Below, piece after piece: positions 40,573 through 55,400 of a DNA stretch of 64,000 nt. Every line of letters starts with the position of its first letter. Positions within the stretch are counted from its first letter, which is position 1. Under the pieces are notes generated by a model that did no database searches, was not told the DNA's origin, and worked only from the letters and a program-made list of their open reading frames with translations. Location: assembly GCF_009914755.1 (NCBI RefSeq), contig NC_060933.1; one strand, 5' to 3'. The position numbers and the translations under genes are program-made. The DNA is from the human T2T-CHM13v2.0 reference genome, Homo sapiens.

Positions 40573-42782
40573 GTGGATATTTTGATACCTTTGAGGATTT
40601 CGTTGGACACGGGATATCTTCATATAAAATCTAGACAGAAGCATTCTCAGAAACTTCTTTGTGCTGTATGTCCTCAATTAACAGAGTTGAACCTTTGTGT
40701 GGATACAGCATTTTGGAAACATTCCTTTAGTAGAATCTGCAAGTTGATATTTAGATAGCTAGGAAGATTTCCTTGGAAACGGGAATATCTTCATATAAAA
40801 TCTAGACGGAAGCATTCTCAGAAAGTGCTTTGTGAAGTTTGCATTCAAGTCACAGAGTTGAATATTCCCTTTTATAGAGCAGGTTTGAAACACTCTTTCT
40901 GCACTACCTGGAAGTGGACATTTGGAGCGCTTTGAGGCCTATGTTGAAAAAGGAAATATCTTCCCATAAAAACTAGACAGAAGCATTCTCAGAAACTTGT
41001 TTGTGATGTGTGTATTCAACTAACAGAGATGAACCTTTCTTTTTACAGAGCAGTTTTGAAACACTCTTTTTGTGGAATCTGAAAGTGGATATTTGGATAG
41101 CTTTGAGGATTTCGTTGGAAACGGGATTACATATAAAACCTAGAGAGAAGCATTCTCAGGAACTCCTTTGTGATGTTTGCATTCAAGTCACAGAACTGAA
41201 CATTCCCTTTCATAGAGCAGGTTTGAAACACTCTTTCTGTAGTATCTGCAAGCTGACGTTTCAAGCGCTTTCAGGCCTATGGTGAGAAAGGAAATATCTT
41301 CAAGTAAAAACTAGACAGAAGCATTCTCAGAAACTTATTTGCCATGTGTGTTCTCAACTAATAGAGTTGAACCTTTGTTTTGATATGGCATTTTGGAAAC
41401 ACTCTTTTTGTAGAATCTGCAGGTGGATATTCGGATAGCTTTGAAGGTTTCGTTGGAAACGGGAATATCTTCATATAAAATCTAGACGGAAGCATTCTCA
41501 GAAACTGCTTTGTGATGTTTTCATTCAAGTCACAGAGTAGAATGTTCCCTGTTATATACCAGGTTTGAGACACTCTTTCTGCACTACCTGGAAGTGGACA
41601 TTTGCAGCGCTTTGAGGCCTATGATGAAAAAGGAAATATCTTCCCATAAAAACTAGACAGAAGCATTGTCAGAAACTTGTTTGTGATGTGTGTATTCAAC
41701 TAACAGAGATGAACCTTTCTTTTTACAGAGCAGTTTTGAAACACTCTTTTTGTGGAATCTGAAAGTGGATATTTGGATAGCTTTGAGGATTTCGTTGGAA
41801 ACGGGATTACATATAAAATCTAGAGAGAAGCATTCTCAGGAACTTCTTTGTGATGTTTGCATTCACGTCACAGAACTGAACATTCCCTTTCATAGAGCAT
41901 GTTTGAAACACTCTTTCTGTAGTATCTGCAAACGGACATTTCAAACGCTTTCAGGCCTATGGTGAGAAAGGAAATATCTTCAAATAAAAACTAGACAGAA
42001 GCATTCTCAGAAACTTATTTGCGATGTGTGTCCTCAACTAACAGAGTTGAACCTTTCTTTTGATACAACATTTTGGAAACACTCTTTTTGTAGAATCTGC
42101 AAGTGGATATTTGAATAGCTTTGAAGGTTTCGTTGGAAACGGGAATATCTTCATATAAAATCAAGACAGAAGCATTCTCAGAAACTTCTCTGTGATGTTT
42201 GCATTCAACTCATAGAGTTGAACACTTCCCTTCATACAGCAGGTTTGAAACACTCTTTTTGTAATATTTGGAAGTGGACATTTGCAGCGCTTTGAGGCCT
42301 ATGTTGAAAAAGGAAATATCTTCTCCTAAAAACCAGACAGAAGCATTCTCAGAAACTTCCTTGTGATGTGTGTACTCAAGTAACAGAGTTGAACCTTCCT
42401 TTTTACAGAGCAGTTTTGAAACACTCTTTTTGTGGAATCTGAAAGTGGATATTTGGATAGCTTTGCGGATTTCGTTGGAAACGGGATTACATATAAAATC
42501 TAGGGAGAAGCATTCTCAGGAACTTCTTTGTGATGTTTGCATTCAAGTCACAGAACTGAACATTCCCTTTCATAGAGCAGGTTTGAAACACTCTTTCTGT
42601 AGTATCTGCAAGCGGACGTTTTAAGCGCTTTCAGGCCTGTGGTGAGAAAGGAAATATCTTCAAATAAAAACTAGACAGAAGCATTCTCAGAAACTTATTT
42701 GCGATGTGTGTCCTCAACTAACAGAGTTGAACCTTTCTTTTGATACAACATTTTGGAAACACTCTTTTTGTAGAATCTGCAA
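40573..42782 (+). repeat. 13-mer HOR variant (2210 bp; 342-bp two-monomer deletion)
   Basis: Anchor spacing 2210 = 2552 - 342. Ends in a hybrid monomer, ...GATACAACATTTTGG...GGATATTTGGATACCTTTGAGGATTTCGTTGGACACGGG. Confidence 0.92.
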
Positions 42783-45334
42783 GTGGATATTTGGATACCT
42801 TTGAGGATTTCGTTGGACACGGGATATCTTCATATAAAATCTAGACAGAAGCATTCTCAGAAACTTCTTTGTGCTGTATGTCCTCAATTAACAGAGTTGA
42901 ACCTTTGTGTGGATACAGCATTTTGGAAACATTCCTTTAGTAGAATCTGCAAGTTGATATTTAGATAGCTAGGAAGATTTCCTTGGAAACGGGAATATCT
43001 TAATATAAAATCTAGACGGAAGCATTCTCAGAAAGTGCTTTGTGATGTTTGCATTCAAGTCACAGAGTTGAATATTCCCTTTTATAGAGCAGGTTTGAAA
43101 CACTCTTTCTGCACTACCTGGAAGTGGACATTTGGAGCGCTTTGAGGCCTATGTTGAAAAAGGAAATATCTTCCCATAAAAACTAGACAGAAGCATTCTC
43201 AGAAACTTGTTTGTGATGTGTGTATTCAACTAACAGAGATGAACCTTTCTTTTTACAGAGCAGTTTTGAAACACTCTTTTTGTGGAATCTGAAAGTGGAT
43301 ATTTGGATAGCTTTGAGGATTTCGTTGGAAACGGGATTACATATAAAACCTAGAGAGAAGCATTCTCAGGAACTTCTTTGTGATGTTTGCATTCAAGTCA
43401 CAGAACTGAACATTCCCTTTCATAGAGCAGGTTTGAAACACTCTTTCTGTAGTATCTGCAAGCTGACGTTTCAAGCGCTTTCAGGCCTATGGTGAGAAAG
43501 GAAATATCTTGAAGTAAAAACTAGACAGAAGCATTCTCAGAAACTTATTTGCCATGTGTGTTCTCAACTAACAGAGTTGAACCTTTGTGTGGATACGGCA
43601 TTTTGGAAACACTCTTTTTGTAGAATCTGCAGGTGGATATTCGGATAGCTTTGAAGGTTTCGTTGGAAACGGGAATATCTTCATATAAAATCTAGACGGA
43701 AGCATTCTCAGAAACTGCTTTGTGATGTTTTCATTCAAGTCACAGAGTAGAATGTTCCCTGTTATATACCAGGTTTGAGACACTCTTTCTGCACTACCTG
43801 GAAGTGGACGTTTGGAGCGCTTTGAGGCCTATGTTGAAAAAGGAAATATCTTCCCATAAAAACTAGACAGAAGCATTCTCAGAAACTTGTTTGTGATGTG
43901 TGTATTCAACTAACAGAGATGAACCTTTCTTTTTACAGAGCAGTTTTGAAACACTCTTTTTGTGGAATCTGAAAGTGGATATTTGGATAGCTTTGAGGAT
44001 TTCGTTGGAAACGGGATTACATATAAAACATAGAGAGAAGCATTCTCAGGAACTGCTTTGTGATGTTTGCATTCAAGTCACAGAACTGAACATTCCCTTT
44101 CATAGAGCAGGTTTGAAACACTCTTTCTGTAGTATCTGCAAGCTGACGTTTCAAGCGCTTTCAGGCCTATGGTGAGAAAGGAAATATCTTCAAGTAAAAA
44201 CTAGACAGAAGCATTCTCAGAAACTTATTTGCGATGTGTGTTCTCAACTAACAGAGTTGAACCTTTGTTTTGATATGGCATTTTGGAAACACTCTTTTTG
44301 TAGAATCTGCAGGTGGATATTCGGATAGCTTTGAAGGTTTCGTTGGAAACGGGAATATCTTCATATAAAATCTAGACGGAAGCATTCTCAGAAACTGCTT
44401 TGTGATGTTTTCATTCAAGTCACAGAGTAGAATGTTCCCTGTTATATACCAGGTTTGAGACACTCTTTCTGCACTACCTGGAAGTGGACATTTGCAGCGC
44501 TTTGAGGCCTATGATGAAAAAGGAAATATCTTCCCATAAAAACTAGACAGAAGCATTCTCAGAAACTTGTTTGTGATGTGTGTATTTAACTAACAGAGAT
44601 GAACCTTTCTTTCTACAGAGCAGTTTTGAAACACTCTTTTTGTGGAATCTGAAAGTGGATATTTGGATAGCTTTGAGGATTTCGTTGGAAACGGGATTAC
44701 ATATAAAATCTAGAGAGAAGCATTCTCAGGAACTTCTTTGTGATGTTTGCATTCACGTCACAGAACTGAACATTCCCTTTCATAGAGCATGTTTGAAACA
44801 CTCTTTCTGTAGTATCTGCAAACGGACATTTCAAACGCTTTCAGGCCTATGGTGAGAAAGGAAATATCTTCAAATAAAAACTAGACAGAAGCATTCTCAG
44901 AAACTTATTTGCGATGTGTGTCCTCAACTAACAGAGTTGAACCTTTCTTTTGATATAACATTTTGGAAACACTCTTTTTGTAGAATCTGCAAGTGGATAT
45001 TTGAATAGCTTTGAAGGTTTCGTTGGAAACGGGAATATCTTCATATAAAATCAAGACAGAAGCATTCTCAGAAACTTCTCTGTGATGTTTGCATTCAACT
45101 CATAGAGTTGAACACTTCCCTTCATACAGCAGGTTTGAAACACTCTTTTTCTAATATTTGGAAGTGGACATTTGCAGCGCTTTGAGGCCTATGTTGAAAA
45201 AGGAAATATCTTCTCCTAAAAACCAGACAGAAGCATTCTCAGAAACTTCCTTGTGATGTGTGTACTCAAGTAACAGAGTTGAACCTTCGTTTTGACAGAG
45301 CAGTTTTGAAGCACTCTTTTTGTAGAATCTGCAA
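42783..45334 (+). repeat. 15-mer HOR unit (2552 bp)
   Basis: Anchor spacing 2552. Confidence 0.93.
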
Positions 45335-48300
45335 GTGGATATTTTGATACCTTTGAGGATTTCGTTGGACACGGGATATCTTCATATAAAATCTAGACAG
45401 AAGCATTCTCAGAAACTTCTTTGTGCTGTATGTCCTCAATTAACAGAGTTGAACCTTTGTGTGGATACAGCATTTTGGAAACATTCCTTTAGTAGAATCT
45501 GCAAGTTGATATTTAGATAGCTAGGAAGATTTCCTTGGAAACGGGAATATCTTCATATAAAATCTAGACGGAAGCATTCTCAGAAAGTGCTTTGTGATGT
45601 TTGCATTCAAGTCACAGAGTTGAATATTCCCTTTTATAGAGCAGGTTTGAAACACTCTTTCTGCACTACCTGGAAGTGGACATTTGGAGCGCTTTGAGGC
45701 CTATGTTGAAAAAGGAAATATCTTCCCATAAAAACTAGACAGAAGCATTCTCAGAAACTTGTTTGTGATGTGTGTATTCAACTAACAGAGATGAACCTTT
45801 CTTTTTACAGAGCAGTTTTGAAACACTCTTTTTGTGGAATCTGAAAGTGGATATTTGGATAGCTTTGAGGATTTCGTTGGAAACGGGATTACATATAAAA
45901 CCTAGAGAGAAGCATTCTCAGGAACTTCTTTGTGATGTTTGCATTCAAGTCACAGAACTGAACATTCCCTTTCATAGAGCAGGTTTGAAACACTCTTTCT
46001 GTAGTATCTGCAAGCTGACGTTTCAAGCGCTTTCAGGCCTATGGTGAGAAAGGAAATATCTTGAAGTAAAAACTAGACAGAAGCATTCTCAGAAACTTAT
46101 TTGCCATGTGTGTTCTCAACTAACAGAGTTGAACCTTTGTGTGGATACGGCATTTTGGAAACACTCTTTTTGTAGAATCTGCAGGTGGATATTCGGATAG
46201 CTTTGAAGGTTTCGTTGGAAACGGGAATATCTTCATATAAAATCTAGACGGAAGCATTCTCAGAAACTGCTTTGTGATGTTTTCATTCAAGTCACAGAGT
46301 AGAATGTTCCCTGTTATATACCAGGTTTGAGACACTCTTTCTGCACTACCTGGAAGTGGACGTTTGGAGCGCTTTGAGGCCTATGTTGAAAAAGGAAATA
46401 TCTTCCCATAAAAACTAGACAGAAGCATTCTCAGAAACTTGTTTGTGATGTGTGTATTCAACTAACAGAGATGAACCTTTCTTTTTACAGAGCAGTTTTG
46501 AAACACTCTTTTTGTGGAATCTGAAAGTGGATATTTGGATAGCTTTGAGGATTTCGTTGGAAACGGGATTACATATAAAACATAGAGAGAAGCATTCTCA
46601 GGAACTGCTTTGTGATGTTTGCATTCAAGTCACAGAACTGAACATTCCCTTTCATAGAGCAGGTTTGAAACACTCTTTCTGTAGTATCTGCAAGCTGACG
46701 TTTCAAGCGCTTTCAGGCCTATGGTGAGAAAGGAAATATCTTCAAGTAAAAACTAGACAGAAGCATTCTCAGAAACTTATTTGCGATGTGTGTTCTCAAC
46801 TAACAGAGTTGAACCTTTGTTTTGATATGGCATTTTGGAAACACTCTTTTTGTAGAATCTGCAGGTGGATATTCGGATAGCTTTGAAGGTTTCGTTGGAA
46901 ACGGGAATATCTTCATATAAAATCTAGACGGAAGCATTCTCAGAAACTGCTTTGTGATGTTTTCATTCAAGTCACAGAGTAGAATGTTCCCTGTTATATA
47001 CCAGGTTTGAGACACTCTTTCTGCACTACCTGGAAGTGGACATTTGCAGCGCTTTGAGGCCTATGATGAAAAAGGAAATATCTTCCCATAAAAACTAGAC
47101 AGAAGCATTCTCAGAAACTTGTTTGTGATGTGTGTATTTAACTAACAGAGATGAACCTTTCTTTCTACAGAGCAGTTTTGAAACACTCTTTTTGTGGAAT
47201 CTGAAAGTGGATATTTGGATAGCTTTGAGGATTTCGTTGGAAACGGGATTACATATAAAATCTAGAGAGAAGCATTCTCAGGAACTTCTTTGTGATGTTT
47301 GCATTCACGTCACAGAACTGAACATTCCCTTTCATAGAGCATGTTTGAAACACTCTTTCTGTAGTATCTGCAAACGGACATTTCAAACGCTTTCAGGCCT
47401 ATGGTGAGAAAGGAAATATCTTCAAATAAAAACTAGACAGAAGCATTCTCAGAAACTTATTTGCGATGTGTGTCCTCAACTAACAGAGTTGAACCTTTCT
47501 TTTGATATAACATTTTGGAAACACTCTTTTTGTAGAATCTGCAAGTGGATATTTGAATAGCTTTGAAGGTTTCGTTGGAAACGGGAATATCTTCTTATAA
47601 AATCAAGACAGAAGCATTCTCAGAAACTTCTCTGTGATGTTTGCATTCAACTCATAGAGTTGAACACTTCCCTTCATACAGCAGGTTTGAAACACTCTTT
47701 TTGTAATATTTGGAAGTGGACATTTGCAGCGCTTTGAGGCCTATGATGAAAAAGGTAATATCTTCCCATAAAAACTAGACAGAAGCATTCTCAGAAACTT
47801 GTTTGAGATGTGTGTATTCAACTAACAGAGATGAACCTTTCTTTTTACAGAGCAGTTTTGAAACACTCTTTTTGTGGAATCTGAAAGTGGATATTTGGAT
47901 AGCTTTGCGGATTTCGTTGGAAACGTGATTACATATAAAATCTAGGGAGAAGCATTCTCAGGAACTTCTTTGTGATGTTTGCATTCAAGTCACAGAACTG
48001 AACATTCCCTTTCATAGATCAGGTTTGAAACACTCTTTCTGTAGTATCTGCAAGCGGACGTTTTAAGCGCTTTCAGGCCTGTGGTGAGAAAGGAAATATC
48101 TTCAAATAAAAACTAGACAGAAGCATTCTCAGAAACTTATTTGCGATGTGTGTCCTCAACTAACAGAGTTGAACCTTTCTTTTGATACAACATTTTGGAA
48201 ACACTCTTTTTGTAGAATCTGCAAGTGGATATTTGGATAGCTTTGAAGGTTTCGTTGGAAACGGGAATATCTTCATATGAAATCAAGACAGAAGCATTCT

Positions 48301-48566
48301 CAGAAACTTCTCTGTGATGTTTGCATTCAACTCATAGAGTTGAACACTTCCCTTCATACAGCAGGTTTGAAACACTCTTTTTCTAATATTTGGAAGTGGA
48401 CATTTGCAGCGCTTTGAGGCCTATGTTGAAAAAGGAAATATCTTCTCCTAAAAACCAGACAGAAGCATTCTCAGAAACTTCCTTGTGATGTGTGTACTCA
48501 AGTAACAGAGTTGAACCTTCCTTTTGACAGAGCAGTTTTGAAGCACTCTTTTTGTAGAATCTGCAA
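45335..48566 (+). repeat. 19-mer HOR unit (3232 bp)
   Basis: Anchor spacing 3232. Shares private SNPs with the 30877-34108 unit. Confidence 0.93.
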
Positions 48567-51500
48567 GTGGATATTTTGATACCTTTGAGGATTTCGTTGG
48601 ACACGGGATATCTTCATATAAAATCTAGACAGAAGCATTCTCAGAAACTTCTTTGTGCTGTATGTCCGCAATTAACAGAGTTGAACCTTTGTGTGGATAC
48701 AGCATTTTGGAAACATTCCTTTAGTAGAATCTGCAAGTTGATATTTAGATAGCTAGGAAGATTTCCTTGGAAACGGGAATATCTTCATATAAAATCTAGA
48801 CAGAAGCATTCTCAGAAAGTGCTTTGTGATGTTTGCATTCAAGTCACAGAGTTGAATATTCCGTTTTATAGAGCAGGTTTGAAACACTCTTTCTGCACTA
48901 CCTGGAAGTGGACATTTGGAGCGCTTTGAGGCCTATGTTGAAAAAGGAAATATCTTCCCATAAAAACTAGACAGAAGCATTCTCAGAAACTTGTTTGTGA
49001 TGTGTGTATTCAACTAACAGAGATGAACCTCTCTTTTTACAGAGCAGTTTTGAAACACTCTTTTTGTGGAATCTGAAAGTGGATATTTGGATAGCTTTGA
49101 GGATTTCGTTGGAAACGGGATTACATATAAAACCTAGAGAGAAGCATTCTCAGGAACTTCTTTGTGATGTTTGCCTTCAAGTCACAGGACTGAACATTCC
49201 CTTTCATAGAGCAGGTTTGAAACACTCTTTCTGTAGTATCTGCAAGCTGACGTTTCAAGCGCTTTCAGGCCTATGGTGAGAAAGGAAATATCTTCAAGTA
49301 AAAACTAGACAGAAGCATTCTCAGAAACTTATTTGCCATGTGTGTTCTCAACTAACAGAGTTGAACCTTTGTTTTGATACGGCATTTTGGAAACACTCTT
49401 TTTGTAGAATCTGCAGGTGGATATTCGGATAGCTTTGAAGGTTTCGTTGGAAACGGGAATATCTTCATATAAAATCTAGACGGAAGCATTCTCAGAAACT
49501 GCTTTGTGATGTTTTCATTCAAGTCACAGAGTAGAATCTTCCCTGTTATATACCAGGTTTGAGACACTCTTTCTGCACTACCTGGAAGTGGACGTTTGGA
49601 GCGCTTTGAGGCCTATGTTGAAAAAGGAAATATCTTCCCATAAAAACTAGACAGAAGCATTCTCAGAAACTTGTTTGTGATGTGTGTATTCAACTAACAG
49701 AGATGAACCTTTCTTTTTACAGAGCAGTTTTGAAACACTCTTTTTGTGGAATCTGAAAGTGGATATTTGGATAGATTTGAGGATTTCGTTGGAAACGGGA
49801 TTACATATAAAACCTAGAGAGAAGCATTCTCAGGAACTGCTTTGTGATGTTTGCATTCAAGTCACAGAACTGAACATTCCCTTTCATAGAGCAGGTTTGA
49901 AACACTCTTTCTGTAGTATCTGCAAGCTGACGTTTCAAGCGCTTTCAGGCCTATGGTGAGAAAGGAAATATCTTCAAGTAAAAACTAGACAGAAGCATTC
50001 TCAGAAACTTATTTGCGATGTGTGTTCTCAACTAACAGAGTTGAACCTTTGTTTTGATATGGCATTTTGGAAACACTCTTTTTGTAGAATCTGCAGGTGG
50101 ATATTCGGATAGCTTTGAAGGTTTCGTTGGAAACGGGAATATCTTCATATAAAATCTAGACGGAAGCATTCTCAGAAACTGCTTTGTGATGTTTTCATTC
50201 AAGTCACAGAGTAGAATGTTCCCTGTTATATACCAGGTTTGAGACACTCTTTCTGCACTACCTGGAAGTGGACATTTGCAGCGCTTTGAGGCCTATGATG
50301 AAAAAGGAAATATCTTCCCATAAAAACTAGACAGAAGCATTCTCAGAAACTTGTTTGTGATGTGTGTATTCAACTAACAGAGATGAACCTTTCTTTTTAC
50401 AGAGCAGTTTTGAAACACTCTTTTTGTGGAATCTGAAAGTGGATATTTGGATAGCTTTGAGGATTTCGTTGGAAACGGGATTACATATAAAACCTAGAGA
50501 GAAGCATTCTCAGGAACTTCTTTGTGATGTTTGCATTCAAGTCACAGGACTGAACATTCCCTTTCATAGAGCAGGTTTGAAACACTCTTTCTGTAGTATC
50601 TGCAAGCTGACGTTTCAAGCGCTTTCAGGCCTATGGTGAGAAAGGAAATATCTTCAAGTAAAAACTAGACAGAAGCATTCTCAGAAACTTATTTGCCATG
50701 TGTGTTCTCAACTAACAGAGTTGAACCTTTGTTTTGATACGGCATTTTGGAAACACTCTTTTTGTAGAATCTGCAGGTGGATATTCGGATAGCTTTGAAG
50801 GTTTCGTTGGAAACGGGAATATCTTCATATAAAATCTAGACGGAAGCATTCTCAGAAACTGCTTTGTGATGTTTTCATTCAAGTCACAGAGTAGAATGTT
50901 CCCTGTTATATACCAGGTTTGAGACACTCTTTCTGCACTACCTGGAAGTGGACATTTGCAGCGCTTTGAGGCCTATGATGAAAAAGGAAATATCTTCCCA
51001 TAAAAACTAGACAGAAGCATTCTCAGAAACTTGTTTGTGATGTGTGTATTCAACTAACAGAGATGAACCTTTCTTTTTACAGAGCAGTTTTGAAACACTC
51101 TTTTTGTGGAATCTGAAAGTGGATATTTGGATAGCTTTGAGGATTTCGTTGGAAACGGGATTACATATAAAATCTAGAGAGAAGCATTCTCAGGAACTTC
51201 TTTGTGATGTTTGCATTCACGTCACAGAACTGAACATTCCCTTTCATAGAGCATGTTTGAAACACTCTTTCTGTAGTATCTGCAAACGGACATTTCAAAC
51301 GCTTTCAGGCCTATGGTGAGAAAGGAAATATCTTCAAATAAAAACTAGACAGAAGCATTCTCAGAAACTTATTTGCGATGTGTGTCCTCAACTAACAGAG
51401 TTGAACCTTTCTTTTGATACAACATTTTGGAAACACTCTTTTTGTAGAATCTGCAAGTGGATATTTGAATAGCTTTGAAGGTTTCGTTGGAAACGGGAAT

Positions 51501-52478
51501 ATCTTCATATAAAATCAAGACAGAAGCATTCTCAGAAACTTCTCTGTGATGTTTGCATTCAACTCATAGAGTTGAACACTTCCCTTCATACAGCAGGTTT
51601 GAAACACTCTTTTTGTAATATTTGGAAGTGGACATTTGCAGCGCTTTGAGGCCTATGTTGAAAAAGGAAATATCTTCTCCTAAAAACCAGACAGAAGCAT
51701 TCTCAGAAACTTCCTTGTGATGTGTGTACTCAAGTAACAGAGTTGAACCTTCCTTTTTACAGAGCAGTTTTGAAACACTCTTTTTGTGGAATCTGAAAGT
51801 GGATATTTGGATAGCTTTGCGGATTTCGTTGGAAACGGGATTACATATAAAATCTAGGGAGAAGCATTCTCAGGAACTTCTTTGTGATGTTTGCATTCAA
51901 GTCACAGAACTGAACATTCCCTTTCATAGAGCAGGTTTGAAACACTCTTTCTGTAGTATCTGCAAGCGGACGTTTTAAGCGCTTTCAGGCCTGTGGTGAG
52001 AAAGGAAATATCTTCAAATAAAAACTAGACAGAAGCATTCTCAGAAACTTATTTGCGATGTGTGTCCTCAACTAACAGAGTTGAACCTTTCTTTTGATAC
52101 AACATTTTGGAAACACTCTTTTTGTAGAATCTGCAAGTGGATATTTGGATAGCTTTGAAGGTTTCGTTGGAAACGGGAATATCTTCATATGAAATCAAGA
52201 CAGAAGCATTCTCAGAAACTTCTCTGTGATGTTTGCATTCAACTCATAGAGTTGAACACTTCCCTTCATACAGCAGGTTTGAAACACTCTTTTTCTAATA
52301 TTTGGAAGTGGACATTTGCAGCGCTTTGAGGCCTATGTTGAAAAAGGAAATATCTTCTCCTAAAAACCAGACAGAAGCATTCTCAGAAACTTCCTTGTGA
52401 TGTGTGTACTCAAGTAACAGAGTTGAACCTTCCTTTTGACAGAGCAGTTTTGAAGCACTCTTTTTGTAGAATCTGCAA
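48567..52478 (+). repeat. 23-mer HOR variant (3912 bp)
   Basis: Anchor spacing 3912. Confidence 0.92.
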
Positions 52479-55400
52479 GTGGATATTTTGATACCTTTGA
52501 GGATTTCGTTGGACACGGGATATCTTCATATAAAATCTAGACAGAAGCATTCTCAGAAACTTCTTTGTGCTGTATGTCCTCAATTAACAGAGTTGAACCT
52601 TTGTGTGGATACAGCATTTTGGAAACATTCCTTTAGTAGAATCTGCAAGTTGATATTTAGATAGCTAGGAAGATTTCCTTGGAAACGGGAATATCTTCAT
52701 ATAAAATCTAGACGGAAGCATTCTCAGAAAGTGCTTTGTGAAGTTTGCATTCAAGTCACAGAGTTGAATATTCCCTTTTATAGAGCAGGTTTGAAACACT
52801 CTTTCTGCACTACCTGGAAGTGGACATTTGGAGCGCTTTGAGGCCTATGTTGAAAAAGGAAATATCTTCCCATAAAAACTAGACAGAAGCATTCTCAGAA
52901 ACTTGTTTGTGATGTGTGTATTCAACTAACAGAGATGAACCTTTCTTTTTACAGAGCAGTTTTGAAACACTCTTTTTGTGGAATCTGAAAGTGGATATTT
53001 GGATAGCTTTGAGGATTTCGTTGGAAACGGGATTACATATAAAACCTAGAGAGAAGCATTCTCAGGAACTCCTTTGTGATGTTTGCATTCAAGTCACAGA
53101 ACTGAACATTCCCTTTCATAGAGCAGGTTTGAAACACTCTTTCTGTAGTATCTGCAAGCTGACGTTTCAAGCGCTTTCAGGCCTATGGTGAGAAAGGAAA
53201 TATCTTCAAGTAAAAACTAGACAGAAGCATTCTCAGAAACTTATTTGCCATGTGTGTTCTCAACTAATAGAGTTGAACCTTTGTTTTGATATGGCATTTT
53301 GGAAACACTCTTTTTGTAGAATCTGCAGGTGGATATTCGGATAGCTTTGAAGGTTTCGTTGGAAACGGGAATATCTTCATATAAAATCTAGACGGAAGCA
53401 TTCTCAGAAACTGCTTTGTGATGTTTTCATTCAAGTCACAGAGTAGAATGTTCCCTGTTATATACCAGGTTTGAGACACTCTTTCTGCACTACCTGGAAG
53501 TGGACATTTGCAGCGCTTTGAGGCCTATGATGAAAAAGGAAATATCTTCCCATAAAAACTAGACAGAAGCATTGTCAGAAACTTGTTTGTGATGTGTGTA
53601 TTCAACTAACAGAGATGAACCTTTCTTTTTACAGAGCAGTTTTGAAACACTCTTTTTGTGGAATCTGAAAGTGGATATTTGGATAGCTTTGAGGATTTCG
53701 TTGGAAACGGGATTACATATAAAATCTAGAGAGAAGCATTCTCAGGAACTTCTTTGTGATGTTTGCATTCACGTCACAGAACTGAACATTCCCTTTCATA
53801 GAGCATGTTTGAAACACTCTTTCTGTAGTATCTGCAAACGGACATTTCAAACGCTTTCAGGCCTATGGTGAGAAAGGAAATATCTTCAAATAAAAACTAG
53901 ACAGAAGCATTCTCAGAAACTTATTTGCGATGTGTGTCCTCAACTAACAGAGTTGAACCTTTCTTTTGATACAACATTTTGGAAACACTCTTTTTGTAGA
54001 ATCTGCAAGTGGATATTTGAATAGCTTTGAAGGTTTCGTTGGAAACGGGAATATCTTCATATAAAATCAAGACAGAAGCATTCTCAGAAACTTCTCTGTG
54101 ATGTTTGCATTCAACTCATAGAGTTGAACACTTCCCTTCATACAGCAGGTTTGAAACACTCTTTTTGTAATATTTGGAAGTGGACATTTGCAGCGCTTTG
54201 AGGCCTATGTTGAAAAAGGAAATATCTTCTCCTAAAAACCAGACAGAAGCATTCTCAGAAACTTCCTTGTGATGTGTGTACTCAAGTAACAGAGTTGAAC
54301 CTTCCTTTTTACAGAGCAGTTTTGAAACACTCTTTTTGTGGAATCTGAAAGTGGATATTTGGATAGCTTTGCGGATTTCGTTGGAAACGGGATTACATAT
54401 AAAATCTAGGGAGAAGCATTCTCAGGAACTTCTTTGTGATGTTTGCATTCAAGTCACAGAACTGAACATTCCCTTTCATAGAGCAGGTTTGAAACACTCT
54501 TTCTGTAGTATCTGCAAGCGGACGTTTTAAGCGCTTTCAGGCCTGTGGTGAGAAAGGAAATATCTTCAAATAAAAACTAGACAGAAGCATTCTCAGAAAC
54601 TTATTTGCGATGTGTGTCCTCAACTAACAGAGTTGAACCTTTCTTTTGATACAACATTTTGGAAACACTCTTTTTGTAGAATCTGCAAGTGGATATTTGG
54701 ATAGCTTTGAAGGTTTCGTTGGAAACGGGAATATCTTCATATGAAATCAAGACAGAAGCATTCTCAGAAACTTCTCTGTGATGTTTGCATTCAACTCATA
54801 GAGTTGAACACTTCCCTTCATACAGCAGGTTTGAAACACTCTTTTTCTAATATTTGGAAGTGGACATTTGCAGCGCTTTGAGGCCTATGTTGAAAAAGGA
54901 AATATCTTCTCCTAAAAACCAGACAGAAGCATTCTCAGAAACTTCCTTGTGATGTGTGTACTCAAGTAACAGAGTTGAACCTTCCTTTTGACAGAGCAGT
55001 TTTGAAGCACTCTTTTTGTAGAATCTGCAAGTGGATATTTTGATACCTTTGAGGATTTCGTTGGACACGGGATATCTTCATATAAAATCTAGACAGAAGC
55101 ATTCTCAGAAACTTCTTTGTGCTGTATGTCCTCAATTAACAGAGTTGAACCTTTGTGTGGATACAGCATTTTGGAAACATTCCTTTAGTAGAATCTGCAA
55201 GTTGATATTTAGATAGCTAGGAAGATTTCCTTGGAAACGGGAATATCTTCATATAAAATCTAGACGGAAGCATTCTCAGAAAGTGCTTTGTGAAGTTTGC
55301 ATTCAAGTCACAGAGTTGAATATTCCCTTTTATAGAGCAGGTTTGAAACACTCTTTCTGCACTACCTGGAAGTGGACATTTGGAGCGCTTTGAGGCCTAT

